DNA of 64,000 nucleotides from a virus (Duplodnaviria; Caudoviricetes): IMG/VR virus record IMGVR_UViG_2872355237_000003; one strand, 5' to 3'. Shown piece by piece: positions 50,603 to 61,358 of this stretch (position 1 is its first letter; each line of letters starts with the position of its first letter). The notes under the pieces were generated by a model. It saw only the letters and a program-made list of their open reading frames with translations, ran no database searches and was not told where the DNA came from. The position numbers and the translations under genes were made by a program.

Positions 50603-51919
50603 ATGAATTATAGAATATTAAGTTGTAGCACATTTATAGATAATTATTACATATGCTTAAATAAGCAAATAATAGGATTTGCAACTCACACAGGAGAAAC
50701 AGGGGACATAATATTTCTAGCTGTAAAAACTAAAAAATCTACTATGTGTGGGGCTAGAGTTACTGTACAACAAGAAACAGATGTCAAGCCTTGGCAAGAT
50801 GGAGAAAGATATGTTCAATGTTTCAAAATTAGTAATATAGAATATTGTACCCCATTTGATTTAAGTATCTTGAAGCAATTTAGTGAAAAAGGATGGGGTA
50901 TGAAGTTCATATTAGGATCAAACAAAATAAAAGAACAAGAGGCTATTGATTTACTAAACTCAACATTTGAGAAAAATAAGCGTGATTCTATGTACATATT
51001 TAAAGCGGATGAGTTAAGAAAGTCTAGGAAAAAGAAAGAGAATGGTATTTCTAGTAATATTAAAGAGGAAACATCACCAACAGTACAGGCAAAAGATAAG
51101 GATAGTAAAACATTAAATCAAACAAATATTACACAAACTGAACAAAACACTCAATTAGATATAATGGGAACTTTCCAAACTATCAATTTCATTAGTGAAC
51201 AACATGAGGTACAAGGATTAGAGACATTAGTTACTAAACACTTTTATAATTTATTTACTAAATATAGTGCGGATAACTCTATTCTTATATCTGATAATAG
51301 AAAATTCAGTACAGCTACTATTAAGGATGATAATGGGACAACCATTAATGGTATAAGTGGTATTCCAGATGCGTTATTAATTACATATAATAAGGACGAT
51401 TCTGTACCTTTACAAATTAGTCTTATTGAGTATGAGTGTTACGGTCAACAAAAGACTTCTATAAGACAAAAATCAGATTATTTAAATTGTCATATCATAC
51501 CTCAATTAATGAGATTTGCTTCAACATTCAGTATAGTTACGGATTATAAAATTCGAGAGAATACTATAAAATCATGGGTAAGTAAGATAAGTAATTATAT
51601 CTATAATGATGATGAATTGACTAAGAGAACTTCAAAGTGGATAAAAGAATTATACCCTGATATAAATGAAATGCAAATTGCACTAAGATTTAATGAAATA
51701 CTTAAACAAGCATTTGAAAATAGTATAAAAATTGTACTAATTATTGATGAACTAACTAATGAACAAAAGGATACTATAAAAAATATTATAGGAGCTTTTA
51801 AACTTAATAATAACTCTAAGAATAATAGTATTGAATTTGCTTCATATGTTGTTAGATTAGAACAAAAGGTTAATATAGTAGATGATAATGCTCAATATGC
51901 TTTATCTTATCAAGAGTAG
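50603..51919 (+). CDS. EVE/PUA-like domain fused to PD-(D/E)xK endonuclease
   Basis: TGDIIFLAV N-domain, low-complexity linker, GLE, GIPDALL, LIEYE, HIIPQLMRF, LIID. Confidence 0.65.
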   Translation: MNYRILSCSTFIDNYYICLNKQIIGFATHTGETGDIIFLAVKTKKSTMCGARVTVQQETDVKPWQDGERYVQCFKISNIEYCTPFDLSILKQFSEKGWGMKFILGSNKIKEQEAIDLLNSTFEKNKRDSMYIFKADELRKSRKKKENGISSNIKEETSPTVQAKDKDSKTLNQTNITQTEQNTQLDIMGTFQTINFISEQHEVQGLETLVTKHFYNLFTKYSADNSILISDNRKFSTATIKDDNGTTINGISGIPDALLITYNKDDSVPLQISLIEYECYGQQKTSIRQKSDYLNCHIIPQLMRFASTFSIVTDYKIRENTIKSWVSKISNYIYNDDELTKRTSKWIKELYPDINEMQIALRFNEILKQAFENSIKIVLIIDELTNEQKDTIKNIIGAFKLNNNSKNNSIEFASYVVRLEQKVNIVDDNAQYALSYQE

Positions 51920-52005
51920 GCTTAATGCTTATTCTTGATATTAACAAAATATAATTAAATTAAAAACTACATAAAATGTTAATTTTAATTACAATAAAAC
52001 TACAT

Positions 52006-52051
52006 ACACCAATAAAACCTAACTAAAATTTCAGCTGGGTTTTATTGGTGT
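52006..52051. terminator. Long hairpin ending the phage early/replication region
   Basis: ACACCAATAAAACC / GGTTTTATTGGTGT. Confidence 0.75.
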
Positions 52052-52381
52052 TGTTTAAAATATGTTTAGCTTATTATTTATTAATTAGTTAAAGAATTAA
52101 CTTATGAATTTCATATATATTTATTTTACATTGTGAATAGATATTTTGAAGTTATTCTTCTAATCCTTCACTTTCATATAAGGACTTTAATCTATCAGGT
52201 TCAGGTTTGGATGAAAATGCAATATATATTTTGTAAGCATTATATATTGATTACTATAAAATCATATAAAAGAGAAATTACAATAAATTACTTAGCTTTT
52301 AAATATACGAAATATCAAATAGATATGATAAAATAATTATTTAATATATAATATGGAATTTATTAATTAGGGGGATTTACT

Positions 52382-53029
52382 GTGAATAAAGAATTAATTA
52401 TCGAAAAAACTAAAGAATATGTTAAATCAAGATTAGAAGGAGAAGGATCAGGACATGACTGGTATCATATATTAAGAGTATATAATAATGCAATAGATAT
52501 AGCACGAAATGAAGAAAATGTAGATATATTTATTGTGAAGTTGGGGGCTTTATTACATGATATAGCGGATCATAAATTTGGATATAATGACGATGATAGA
52601 AAAAATATAATTTCAGGGTTTTTAAGCAAATATGATGTATCACAGGAAGACATAAAGGAAGTAGTGTATATTACAAATTATATTTCATTCAAGGGTGGTA
52701 CAAATAACCATGTTATGAAATCAATAGAGGGGAAAATAGTGCAAGATGCAGATAGACTGGATGCAATGGGTGCTATAGGAATAAGTAGAGCATTTACTTA
52801 CGGTGGTTATATAAATAGGCCAATGTATGATGTTAACCCAAATAATATAGAACATGAAAAAAGGGATGGCTATATAAATACCGATACCATAACTCATTTC
52901 TATGAAAAATTATTATTGCTTAAAGATAGAATGAATACTAATACAGGGAGAAAAAAAGCAATAATAAGACATAAAACCATGGAAATGTTTTTAGATATGT
53001 TTTTTAAAGAGTGGAATGGTGAAATTTGA
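52382..53029 (+). CDS. HD-domain phosphohydrolase (YedJ-like)
   Basis: GHDWYHILRV, LLHDIAD, VQDADRLDAMGAIG, HFYEKLL. Confidence 0.9.
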   Translation: MNKELIIEKTKEYVKSRLEGEGSGHDWYHILRVYNNAIDIARNEENVDIFIVKLGALLHDIADHKFGYNDDDRKNIISGFLSKYDVSQEDIKEVVYITNYISFKGGTNNHVMKSIEGKIVQDADRLDAMGAIGISRAFTYGGYINRPMYDVNPNNIEHEKRDGYINTDTITHFYEKLLLLKDRMNTNTGRKKAIIRHKTMEMFLDMFFKEWNGEI

Positions 53030-53568
53030 TAGTATAAGTATTGGAATAATGCTTATACTGTATTTAAAGCTATCAAATACACTTAAGTACAGAGATTAGA
53101 TGATAATCCTAAATTTAATCCACTTCCATTGATTTTCTGAGATGCGTATACCCATAAAAAATTAATATTATAATAATAAAAAGTTTCTAGATGCTTTACA
53201 AATAATTCCTTTTAGTCTGTATTCTAAACAAGTAATTTTTTCTTAAGTGTTAAAATTGTATTGACGTTGCTCTAAATTATTAAAATCATCAATAGGTTTA
53301 TTATCAATTGTAACATTGCTTATAGAAATAGTAATACTATAATTATTTTTTATACAATAAATTATACATTCATATTATATTAATATATAACCTTTGAGTT
53401 AGTTTTATATAAGAAGATATCTTAGGAATAGTATTTGTATGACAATATTTTTATTTTAATGACAATATGTGAATTATTAGTACATATTTGTTTTTAAAAG
53501 ATAAAATTAATTACTTAATTACAATGAATAAATTTTGTTAATAAATAATTAATATTACAAAGAGAATA

Positions 53569-53597
53569 TTTACATATTGTGCTATATAAGTTATAAT
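53569..53597 (+). promoter_or_regulatory. botR promoter
   Basis: TTTACA (53569)-17 nt-TATAAT (53592), overlapping GTTATA. Confidence 0.6.
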
Positions 53598-53628
53598 CAT
53601 GTAAAACGTATTAAAAGGGGATGTCAAT

Positions 53629-54168
53629 ATGAATGATTTATTTTATGCTATAGAAAATTTAAAGCATGATAATCAGCACTTTGACTTTATTGAAATGTCT
53701 CTAAAAAAATATATTGAAAAAACTTCTAAAAAGTATAATTTATATTATGATTATTATAATGATATACTCTATCATTTATGGAAAGAACTTATTGAAATTA
53801 ACTTAAAGAATTTTAATTCTGAATTAGATTTAAGAAAATATATTAGTACAAGTATAAAAAGATATTGTATAAATATTTGTAAGAAAAAAAATAGAGATAA
53901 GAAAATTATATATAATTTGGAAGCAACATATAAAAAATTGGACGCTGTAAATGTTTATTCTTTATATTGTGAGGATTTTGAGTTTTTAGATTTAATATCC
54001 ATATTAAATTACAAGGAAAAGCAAATTATATATATGAAATTTTTTGAATGTAGAAAAGATAATGAAATAGCTAGAAGACTTCATTTAAGTCGTCAATCTA
54101 TATATAAGATTAGAATTAAGTCTTTAAAAAAGTTGTATCCTATAGTAATGCAATTAGTTAATATTTGA
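53629..54168 (+). CDS. botR: BotR alternative sigma factor
   Basis: TcdR/BotR-family sequence, region-4 HTH EIARRLHLSRQSIYK, position in the cluster. Confidence 0.95.
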   Translation: MNDLFYAIENLKHDNQHFDFIEMSLKKYIEKTSKKYNLYYDYYNDILYHLWKELIEINLKNFNSELDLRKYISTSIKRYCINICKKKNRDKKIIYNLEATYKKLDAVNVYSLYCEDFEFLDLISILNYKEKQIIYMKFFECRKDNEIARRLHLSRQSIYKIRIKSLKKLYPIVMQLVNI

Positions 54169-54187
54169 TTAATATTTATATTTACGT

Positions 54188-54228
54188 AAATAAGATAATG
54201 TCTATATTATATAGGCATTATCTTATTT
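54188..54228. terminator. Bidirectional terminator between botR and ha70
   Basis: AAATAAGATAATGTCTATA / TATAGGCATTATCTTATTT. Confidence 0.8.
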
Positions 54229-54243
54229 GTTTAATTATAAATA

Positions 54244-56115
54244 TTAATTAGTAATATTTATATTGAATCTTATATTGTAGTTATTTAATTGCGCAATTTT
54301 AACTTTTAATATATAAATTGCTCCATTCAATAGTTGTATTGATTCATTATTATTTAATAGAGATGAATATGATTTTATATTAATAAGATTATATCCATTA
54401 ATACTTTCGGTAACTCTATATAAATCTCCATTTGATTGATTATTAGTAGTATAAAGTATAAGGTTAGATTTATCTTTATTATTAAAGTTTCCTGGAATTA
54501 TGAATTCGTATGAAATATAGTCTCCAACATCAGGACTTTGTCGAGTATAATAATGCAAACCTGAAGAGTTAAGGTTATCTATGATGTTAACTGTAGAATC
54601 TGCTAAAATTTGAAGGTTTCCCAAGTCTCTTTTAAAGTTTATTTGATTTGTAGTACTAGAAGGTATTTGTGGTATTCTAATATAATAATTTTTATCTTTA
54701 AATAAAGAAACAACCAAGTAACTTTTAGCATCAGAACGGTTTAATCCAGTGATATATTTAATTGCTTTAATATTATCATTTGATAAATTATTTAAGTTCA
54801 TATTTCTATTACTAGAGCCTATAGCTTCATATATTATTAGTGGTGGTAGATTATTTTTAGTAGTAATTTTATATACACCTGTTGTATTTACTTTAAATAA
54901 TACATAACATCCATTATTTTGTATGGAAGTTGGAATGTTATATGTGTAGTCATCTGGAATAGGAGTGCTTATTTCTTCTATATTTTCAGAAGGGTTTATA
55001 ACACCTACTATAATATTTTCATTAGGTCCAGTTTGTATAAATCCATCTTGCTCTACTGGAGTTTCAACTACTGGTGCTTGTGGTGAAGGAGCATCACTGA
55101 CTTCACACTTTCCTAAAGAAGGAAGGTAATATTCGGCTTTATCACCAATGTTTCCATTTTGATAGTTTATTAGTTCATATTTTTCATAAGTATTATAAGC
55201 TTTCATAGATATATTTTTATTATCAGGAGCTTCTTCTACAAATTTAAATAATGCGGTTGAGGTATTAAATAATTGTATATTAAAAGCATCGTTAAGTCTT
55301 GCTTCCGTATATTCTTGAGAGAAAAGTGTAGGATTACTAGTATTGAATATTGGCCTAGTGGTATTTCTTAGACGTGGCTGAATAATGCTACCAGATGTAT
55401 TTGACTCAATTAATAATGTTCCTATCAAGTCTTTATCATTTGTTCTCATATATCCATCACCTTTATTAATAACATATAATCCATTAGGATAAGGAAGTAT
55501 TGTTTGTGATGTATTAAAATTTATATTATTATTTAAATTGTTTGATTCTTTAGCTAGAGTAGCATCATCAATTTTTTTATAGATGAATTTTTCATTTAAT
55601 ATGCACTTATCTTCACTTGTAAAATAAAAGTTTTTATCTATTTGTTCTCCAGAATTAAATTCTATTGATTTTGCATATCCAAGAGAGGGTACATACAGAA
55701 CAGCTCTTTCAATAACAGTATTTCGTAAAACTTTTATTATTTCATATCTTATATAAGTATATTGTAAATACATATATAAACCTTTATTTGAGGGAGCAGT
55801 TTTACTAAATTCAAATCCTATTGGAATTTCAGAAGCTTCAGTAAAATTAGCAAATACATTTTGTACATTATTTCTAATATATTCTTCATTAAAAGATGCT
55901 GTAGGATAATAATATGGTGTGGCAGTTTCTCTTATACGTAAATCCCCAACTATTGCTGTACAACCATTATTACTTATATTTCCACCAAGGTTTTGGTTTT
56001 GTCTAGATAGTATCCAGCCATCGCCTCTATTAACTACATAGTTACCATCAGCTAAATTAACATTATTTATAGATTTATCTTTGGTATAATAAAGTTCTTT
56101 TATAGATAAACTCAT
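54244..56115 (-). CDS. ha70: Haemagglutinin HA70 (type C/D)
   Basis: 623 aa, [18 protein letters not shown] start, gene order. Confidence 0.96.
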   Translation of the reverse strand: MSLSIKELYYTKDKSINNVNLADGNYVVNRGDGWILSRQNQNLGGNISNNGCTAIVGDLRIRETATPYYYPTASFNEEYIRNNVQNVFANFTEASEIPIGFEFSKTAPSNKGLYMYLQYTYIRYEIIKVLRNTVIERAVLYVPSLGYAKSIEFNSGEQIDKNFYFTSEDKCILNEKFIYKKIDDATLAKESNNLNNNINFNTSQTILPYPNGLYVINKGDGYMRTNDKDLIGTLLIESNTSGSIIQPRLRNTTRPIFNTSNPTLFSQEYTEARLNDAFNIQLFNTSTALFKFVEEAPDNKNISMKAYNTYEKYELINYQNGNIGDKAEYYLPSLGKCEVSDAPSPQAPVVETPVEQDGFIQTGPNENIIVGVINPSENIEEISTPIPDDYTYNIPTSIQNNGCYVLFKVNTTGVYKITTKNNLPPLIIYEAIGSSNRNMNLNNLSNDNIKAIKYITGLNRSDAKSYLVVSLFKDKNYYIRIPQIPSSTTNQINFKRDLGNLQILADSTVNIIDNLNSSGLHYYTRQSPDVGDYISYEFIIPGNFNNKDKSNLILYTTNNQSNGDLYRVTESINGYNLINIKSYSSLLNNNESIQLLNGAIYILKVKIAQLNNYNIRFNINITN

Positions 56116-56128
56116 AATATCTTCCCCT

Positions 56129-56569
56129 TTAAAGTTTTTCTAATTTTAAAATTTGATTAGAATTATTTATATCGAAATTAGGTAAGTTTAAAATAGGTTG
56201 ATCTGTAATATTATTATTGTTATCATAAATAGTCCATGCGTAATCTGTTACATTTACTATACTAAGAGTACATATGATATAAGAATTTATAGCAATTTTA
56301 ATAGGATTCCATAAACTATTATTAGATGATGAACTTAAATAAATGAAACCATAATCATTATAAGCTAAATATTTATTAGGCTCTGCTACATTAGAAAACC
56401 TAAAACCATTACTTGAGGATATATATTCTAACTTCCACTTTTGATTATCCAAAGAAGATGTATTTAAAAATGATAATGATCCTGATAAATAAGTTAGATA
56501 CAAGGAATCTGAAAATAAAGATTTTATTTTATAATTACCATTAGGTAAAAAGGTTCTTTCACTTGACAT
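56129..56569 (-). CDS. ha17: Haemagglutinin HA17
   Basis: [17 protein letters not shown], 146 aa from GAGGTG-preceded ATG. Confidence 0.96.
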   Translation of the reverse strand: MSSERTFLPNGNYKIKSLFSDSLYLTYLSGSLSFLNTSSLDNQKWKLEYISSSNGFRFSNVAEPNKYLAYNDYGFIYLSSSSNNSLWNPIKIAINSYIICTLSIVNVTDYAWTIYDNNNNITDQPILNLPNFDINNSNQILKLEKL

Positions 56570-56630
56570 ATAATTCACCTCTTTTAAGTTAAATATTTCT
56601 AAGTTAAATAAATATAATACAAATAATATT

Positions 56631-57491
56631 TTATATTAAAATTATAATCCATTGTTGATTGGTATTTCCATGGTAAGAATCTACTATAACATGAGTTCCA
56701 TTTGCTATTTGACTATTATATACATCTAATACTCTGTTTGTATCTTGTAAATTATAAAGTATATATTTACTTGCATCGTTGTCTAGGTAATTTATATTCC
56801 AATATTGTATTAATGAATCAGTAGACTGATAAGTTTCTACATAGTTGTTTGAATTTTGAATCCATGTTAAATATCTATTATTCTCTTGACATTTAAGTGT
56901 ATATGCCGATTTAGTTTCATTATACTCAATAAGCCATTTTTGACGAGATGAATCAAACCATTGCCATAAAACAATTATTTGACTATTCAAATTTTTAGAT
57001 AAAAATCTATCAGAATTTAATTGCGTTTGTAATTTACAATTACGATTATTCAATGCTTCATATATACAATTAGAGAATTTAAAAAACTGATTGTTAGAGC
57101 TTGTTTGTGTAGAAACTATTAAAGTATCATCTGTATTATATTGTAAAACTAAATTTGGATTCATATAGTTTCTTATAATTACATTCCTAGAAATATAGTC
57201 CTGAAGCAAATACCAATATTGGTTATTTGTATTTGTATCGGTTTTTACTGATACAGAAGATAATGGTGCGTCCCATGTTAAGATAAGAGATGTATTATCC
57301 ATAACTTTTATTTTATAAGCTTGTTTATTAGTGTCATAAATTAATCTCCATTTTTGATTTGATCCTAAGTTTTTACTCCATAGTTTAACTTCGCTTTGTG
57401 AAATCTTGTCTAAAACTTTATTTGTGCTATTTGAAGGACTAATAAAAAACACTTCATTATTTCTTAAATCATTTGCATTTGTTTGAGACAT
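56631..57491 (-). CDS. ha33: Haemagglutinin HA33 (ricin-type beta-trefoil)
   Basis: [11 protein letters not shown], QxW repeats, 286 aa from GGAGG-preceded ATG. Confidence 0.96.
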   Translation of the reverse strand: MSQTNANDLRNNEVFFISPSNSTNKVLDKISQSEVKLWSKNLGSNQKWRLIYDTNKQAYKIKVMDNTSLILTWDAPLSSVSVKTDTNTNNQYWYLLQDYISRNVIIRNYMNPNLVLQYNTDDTLIVSTQTSSNNQFFKFSNCIYEALNNRNCKLQTQLNSDRFLSKNLNSQIIVLWQWFDSSRQKWLIEYNETKSAYTLKCQENNRYLTWIQNSNNYVETYQSTDSLIQYWNINYLDNDASKYILYNLQDTNRVLDVYNSQIANGTHVIVDSYHGNTNQQWIIILI

Positions 57492-57532
57492 ATTAATTCC
57501 TCCCCTATTTACATTTTTGTCTTTCACTTACA

Positions 57533-57561
57533 TATAACATATTTAAGCCGAATTTTGTAAA
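57533..57561 (-). promoter_or_regulatory. BotR-dependent ha operon promoter
   Basis: TTTACA-17 nt-GTTATA on the minus strand. Confidence 0.85.
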
Positions 57562-57618
57562 CCTAAAATTATAATATATTTATTTTTTTAAATGATTTAT
57601 ATATTTTTATATTTTAGG

Positions 57619-57647
57619 TTTACAAAAAACGATGAAGAAATGTTATA
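57619..57647 (+). promoter_or_regulatory. BotR-dependent ntnh-bont promoter
   Basis: TTTACA (57619)-17 nt-GTTATA (57642). Confidence 0.85.
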
Positions 57648-57753
57648 TATAAGTGATAGAAACAATATAAAAAATTATTTTTAAATGAAGGAGGTATATA
57701 AAATGTAAACAACTAAATGAATTTATAAAAATAATAGAGGAGAGTGATTATAT

Positions 57754-60700
57754 ATGGATATAAACGACGACTTAAATATAAATTCTCCAGTGGATAATAA
57801 AAATGTTGTAATAGTTAGGGCTAGAAAAACTAATACTTTTTTCAAAGCTTTTAAAGTTGCTCCTAATATTTGGGTAGCTCCAGAAAGATATTATGGAGAA
57901 CCTTTAGATATTGCTGAAGAATATAAACTTGATGGAGGAATATATGATTCTAATTTTCTTTCACAAGATAGTGAAAGGGAAAATTTTTTACAAGCTATTA
58001 TAACTTTATTGAAGAGAATAAATAATACTATTTCTGGTAAACAATTGTTATCTTTAATTTCTACAGCAATTCCATTTCCTTATGGATATGTAGGAGGAGG
58101 ATATTCTTCACCAAATATATTTACTTTTGGAAAAACACCAAAATCTAATAAAAAACTAAATTCGTTAGTTACAAGTACTATTCCATTTCCTTTCGGGGGA
58201 TATAGAGAGACAAATTATATTGAATCTCAAAATAATAAAAATTTTTATGCATCTAATATAGTTATTTTTGGTCCAGGATCGAATATAGTAGAAAATAATG
58301 TTATATGCTATAAAAAGAATGATGCTGAGAATGGTATGGGAACAATGGCTGAAATATTATTTCAACCACTATTAACTTATAAATATAATAAATTTTATAT
58401 AGATCCTGCAATGGAGCTAACTAAATGCTTAATAAAATCTCTTTATTTTTTATATGGAATAAAACCTAGTGATGGTTTAGTAGTTCCATATAGATTAAGA
58501 ACAGAACTAGATAATAAGCAATTTTCTCAACTAAATATAATTGATTTATTAATATCTGGAGGGGTTGACCTTGAGTTTATAAATACAAATCCATATTGGT
58601 TTACAAATAGTTATTTCTCAAATTCAATAAAAATGTTTGAAAAATATAAAAATATTTATGAAACTGAAATTGAAGGGAATAATGCTATTGGAAATGATAT
58701 AAAATTACGTCTAAGACAAAAATTTGAAAATAGTGTTCAGGATATATGGAATTTAAACTTAAATTATTTTTCTAAGGAATTTAATAGCATAATACCAGAC
58801 AGATTTAGTAACGCACTTAAACATTTTTATAGAAAACAGTATTATACAATGGATTATACTGATAATTATAATATAAATGGTTTTGTTAATGGTCAAATTA
58901 ATACTAAGTTACCTTTGTCTGACAAAAATACAAATATAATAAGTAAACCTGAAAAAGTAGTAAATCTAGTAAATGAAAATAATATTTCATTAATGAAAAG
59001 TAATATTTATGGAGATGGATTAAAGGGTACTACAGAAGATTTTTATAGTACTTATAAGATTCCATATAATGAAGAATATGAATATCGTTTCAATGATTCG
59101 GATAATTTCCCTTTAAATAATATAAGTATAGAAGAAGTAGATAGTATTCCAGAAATTATAGATATTAACCCATATAAAGATAATAGTGATAACTTAGTAT
59201 TTACACAGATAACGAGTATGACTGAAGAAGTTACTACACATACTGCTTTACCTATAAATTATCTTCAAGCTCAGATTACTACTAATGAAAACTTCACATT
59301 ATCTTCAGACTTTTCAAAAGTTGTTTCCTCTAAAGATAAGTCATTAGTATATTCTTTCTTAGATAATTTAATGAGTTATTTAGAAACTATAAAAAATGAT
59401 GGTCCTATTGATACAGATAAAAAGTATTATTTGTGGTTAAAAGAAGTCTTTAAAAACTATTCATTTGATATTAATCTTACTCAAGAAATTGATAGTAGCT
59501 GTGGCATTAATGAAGTTGTTATTTGGTTTGGCAAAGCTTTAAATATATTAAATACATCAAATTCTTTTGTAGAAGAATATCAAAATTCAGGTCCAATTTC
59601 TCTTATCAGTAAAAAAGATAATCTAAGCGAACCCAATATAGAAATTGATGACATACCAGATAGTTTATTAGGACTATCATTTAAAGATTTAAATAATAAA
59701 TTATATGAAATATATTCTAAGAATATAGTTTATTTTAAGAAGATATACTTTAATTTCTTAGATCAATGGTGGACTGAATATTATAGTCAATATTTTGAAT
59801 TAATTTGTATGGCAAAACAGTCAATATTAGCTCAAGAAAGCTTAGTAAAACAAATAATACAAAATAAATTTACTGATTTATCCAAAGCTAGTATTCCACC
59901 TGATACATTAAAATTAATTAAGGAAACTACAGAGAAGACATTTATAGATTTATCAAACGAATCACAAATATCAATGAATCGTGTAGATAATTTTTTAAAT
60001 AAGGCCTCTATATGTGTTTTTGTTGAGGATATATATCCTAAGTTTATTTCTTATATGGAAAAGTATATTAATAATATAAATATTAAGACAAGAGAATTTA
60101 TACAAAGATGTACTAATATTAATGACAATGAAAAGTCGATTTTAATTAATAGTTATACTTTCAAAACTATTGATTTCAAGTTCTTAAATATACAAGCTAT
60201 TAAAAACTTTTTTAATTCACAAGTTGAACAAGTAATGAAGGAAATGTTATCTCCTTATCAACTATTATTATTTGCAACAAGAGGACCAAATAGTAATATA
60301 ATCGAGGATATTTCTGGAAAAAATACATTGATACAATATACAGAATCTGTAGAATTAGTTTATGGTGTAAATGGAGAATCATTATATCTAAAATCTCCTA
60401 ATGAAACGGTTGAATTTTCTAATAATTTCTTCACAAATGGATTAACTAATAATTTTACAATTTGTTTCTGGTTAAGATTCACAGGAAAAGATGATGATAA
60501 AACTAGATTAATAGGAAATAAGGTTAATAATTGTGGTTGGGAAATTTATTTTGAAGATAATGGATTAGTTTTTGAAATAATAGATTCAAACGGCAATCAA
60601 GAAAGTGTATATTTATCTAATGTTATAAATAACAATTGGTACTATATATCAATATCAGTTGATCGTTTAAAAGATCAATTATTAATATTTATTAATGATA

Positions 60701-61344
60701 AAAATGTTGCAAATGTAAGTATCGAGCAAATACTAAATATTTATTCTACTAATGTAATATCTTTAGTTAATAAGAATAATTCAATCTATGTAGAAGAATT
60801 ATCTGTTTTAGATAAGACTGTTACAAGCGAAGAAGTTATAAGAAATTACTTTAGTTATTTAGATAATTCATATATAAGAGATAGTTCTAAATCACTATTA
60901 GAATATAATAAAAACTATCAATTATACAATTATGTATTTCCCAAGACTTCTTTATATGAAGTTAATGATAATAATAAGTCGTATTTGTCACTAAAAAATA
61001 CAGATGGTATTAATATTCCAAGTGTTAAATTTAAATTAATAAATATAGATGAAAGTAAAGGATATGTACAAAAGTGGGATGAGTGTATAATTTGTGTATC
61101 AGACGGTACAGAAAAATATTTAGATATATCTCCTGAAAATAATAGAATACAATTAGTAAGTTCCAAAGATAATGCAAAAAAGATTACAGTTAATACTGAT
61201 TTATTTAGACCTGATTGTATAACATTTTCATATAATGATAAATATTTTTCTCTATCACTTAGAGATGGAGATTATAATTGGATGATATGTAATGACAATA
61301 ACAAGGTGCCTAAAGGCGCACATTTGTGGATATTAGAAAGTTAG
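57754..61344 (+). CDS. ntnh: Non-toxic non-haemagglutinin
   Basis: 1196 aa, MDINDDLNINSPVDNKNV, BoNT-like without HExxH. Confidence 0.97.
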   Translation: MDINDDLNINSPVDNKNVVIVRARKTNTFFKAFKVAPNIWVAPERYYGEPLDIAEEYKLDGGIYDSNFLSQDSERENFLQAIITLLKRINNTISGKQLLSLISTAIPFPYGYVGGGYSSPNIFTFGKTPKSNKKLNSLVTSTIPFPFGGYRETNYIESQNNKNFYASNIVIFGPGSNIVENNVICYKKNDAENGMGTMAEILFQPLLTYKYNKFYIDPAMELTKCLIKSLYFLYGIKPSDGLVVPYRLRTELDNKQFSQLNIIDLLISGGVDLEFINTNPYWFTNSYFSNSIKMFEKYKNIYETEIEGNNAIGNDIKLRLRQKFENSVQDIWNLNLNYFSKEFNSIIPDRFSNALKHFYRKQYYTMDYTDNYNINGFVNGQINTKLPLSDKNTNIISKPEKVVNLVNENNISLMKSNIYGDGLKGTTEDFYSTYKIPYNEEYEYRFNDSDNFPLNNISIEEVDSIPEIIDINPYKDNSDNLVFTQITSMTEEVTTHTALPINYLQAQITTNENFTLSSDFSKVVSSKDKSLVYSFLDNLMSYLETIKNDGPIDTDKKYYLWLKEVFKNYSFDINLTQEIDSSCGINEVVIWFGKALNILNTSNSFVEEYQNSGPISLISKKDNLSEPNIEIDDIPDSLLGLSFKDLNNKLYEIYSKNIVYFKKIYFNFLDQWWTEYYSQYFELICMAKQSILAQESLVKQIIQNKFTDLSKASIPPDTLKLIKETTEKTFIDLSNESQISMNRVDNFLNKASICVFVEDIYPKFISYMEKYINNINIKTREFIQRCTNINDNEKSILINSYTFKTIDFKFLNIQAIKNFFNSQVEQVMKEMLSPYQLLLFATRGPNSNIIEDISGKNTLIQYTESVELVYGVNGESLYLKSPNETVEFSNNFFTNGLTNNFTICFWLRFTGKDDDKTRLIGNKVNNCGWEIYFEDNGLVFEIIDSNGNQESVYLSNVINNNWYYISISVDRLKDQLLIFINDKNVANVSIEQILNIYSTNVISLVNKNNSIYVEELSVLDKTVTSEEVIRNYFSYLDNSYIRDSSKSLLEYNKNYQLYNYVFPKTSLYEVNDNNKSYLSLKNTDGINIPSVKFKLINIDESKGYVQKWDECIICVSDGTEKYLDISPENNRIQLVSSKDNAKKITVNTDLFRPDCITFSYNDKYFSLSLRDGDYNWMICNDNNKVPKGAHLWILES

Positions 61345-61358
61345 GAGATGTTAGTATT

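Larger units (their letters stand above)
947..51987. repeat. Dispersed gene-boundary palindrome TAAAA-N6-TTTTA (16 copies seen)
   Basis: Copies start at 947, 6134, 9886, 12410, 13432, 15316, 17440*, 18224*, 20204, 24319, 26819, 40975, 42082, 42996, 49618, 51972 (*left arm TAAAT). Confidence 0.8.

Noticed and set aside
947..51987. CRISPR array
   Set aside because: Repeats are short, dispersed and separated by whole genes; no regular spacers or cas genes.
52133..52336. 67-aa ORF upstream of the HD gene
   Set aside because: No RBS and low-complexity AT-rich composition; probably spurious.
53090..53345. Possible degraded gene or transposase remnant on the minus strand
   Set aside because: Only short broken frames, with no recognisable motif or terminal repeats.
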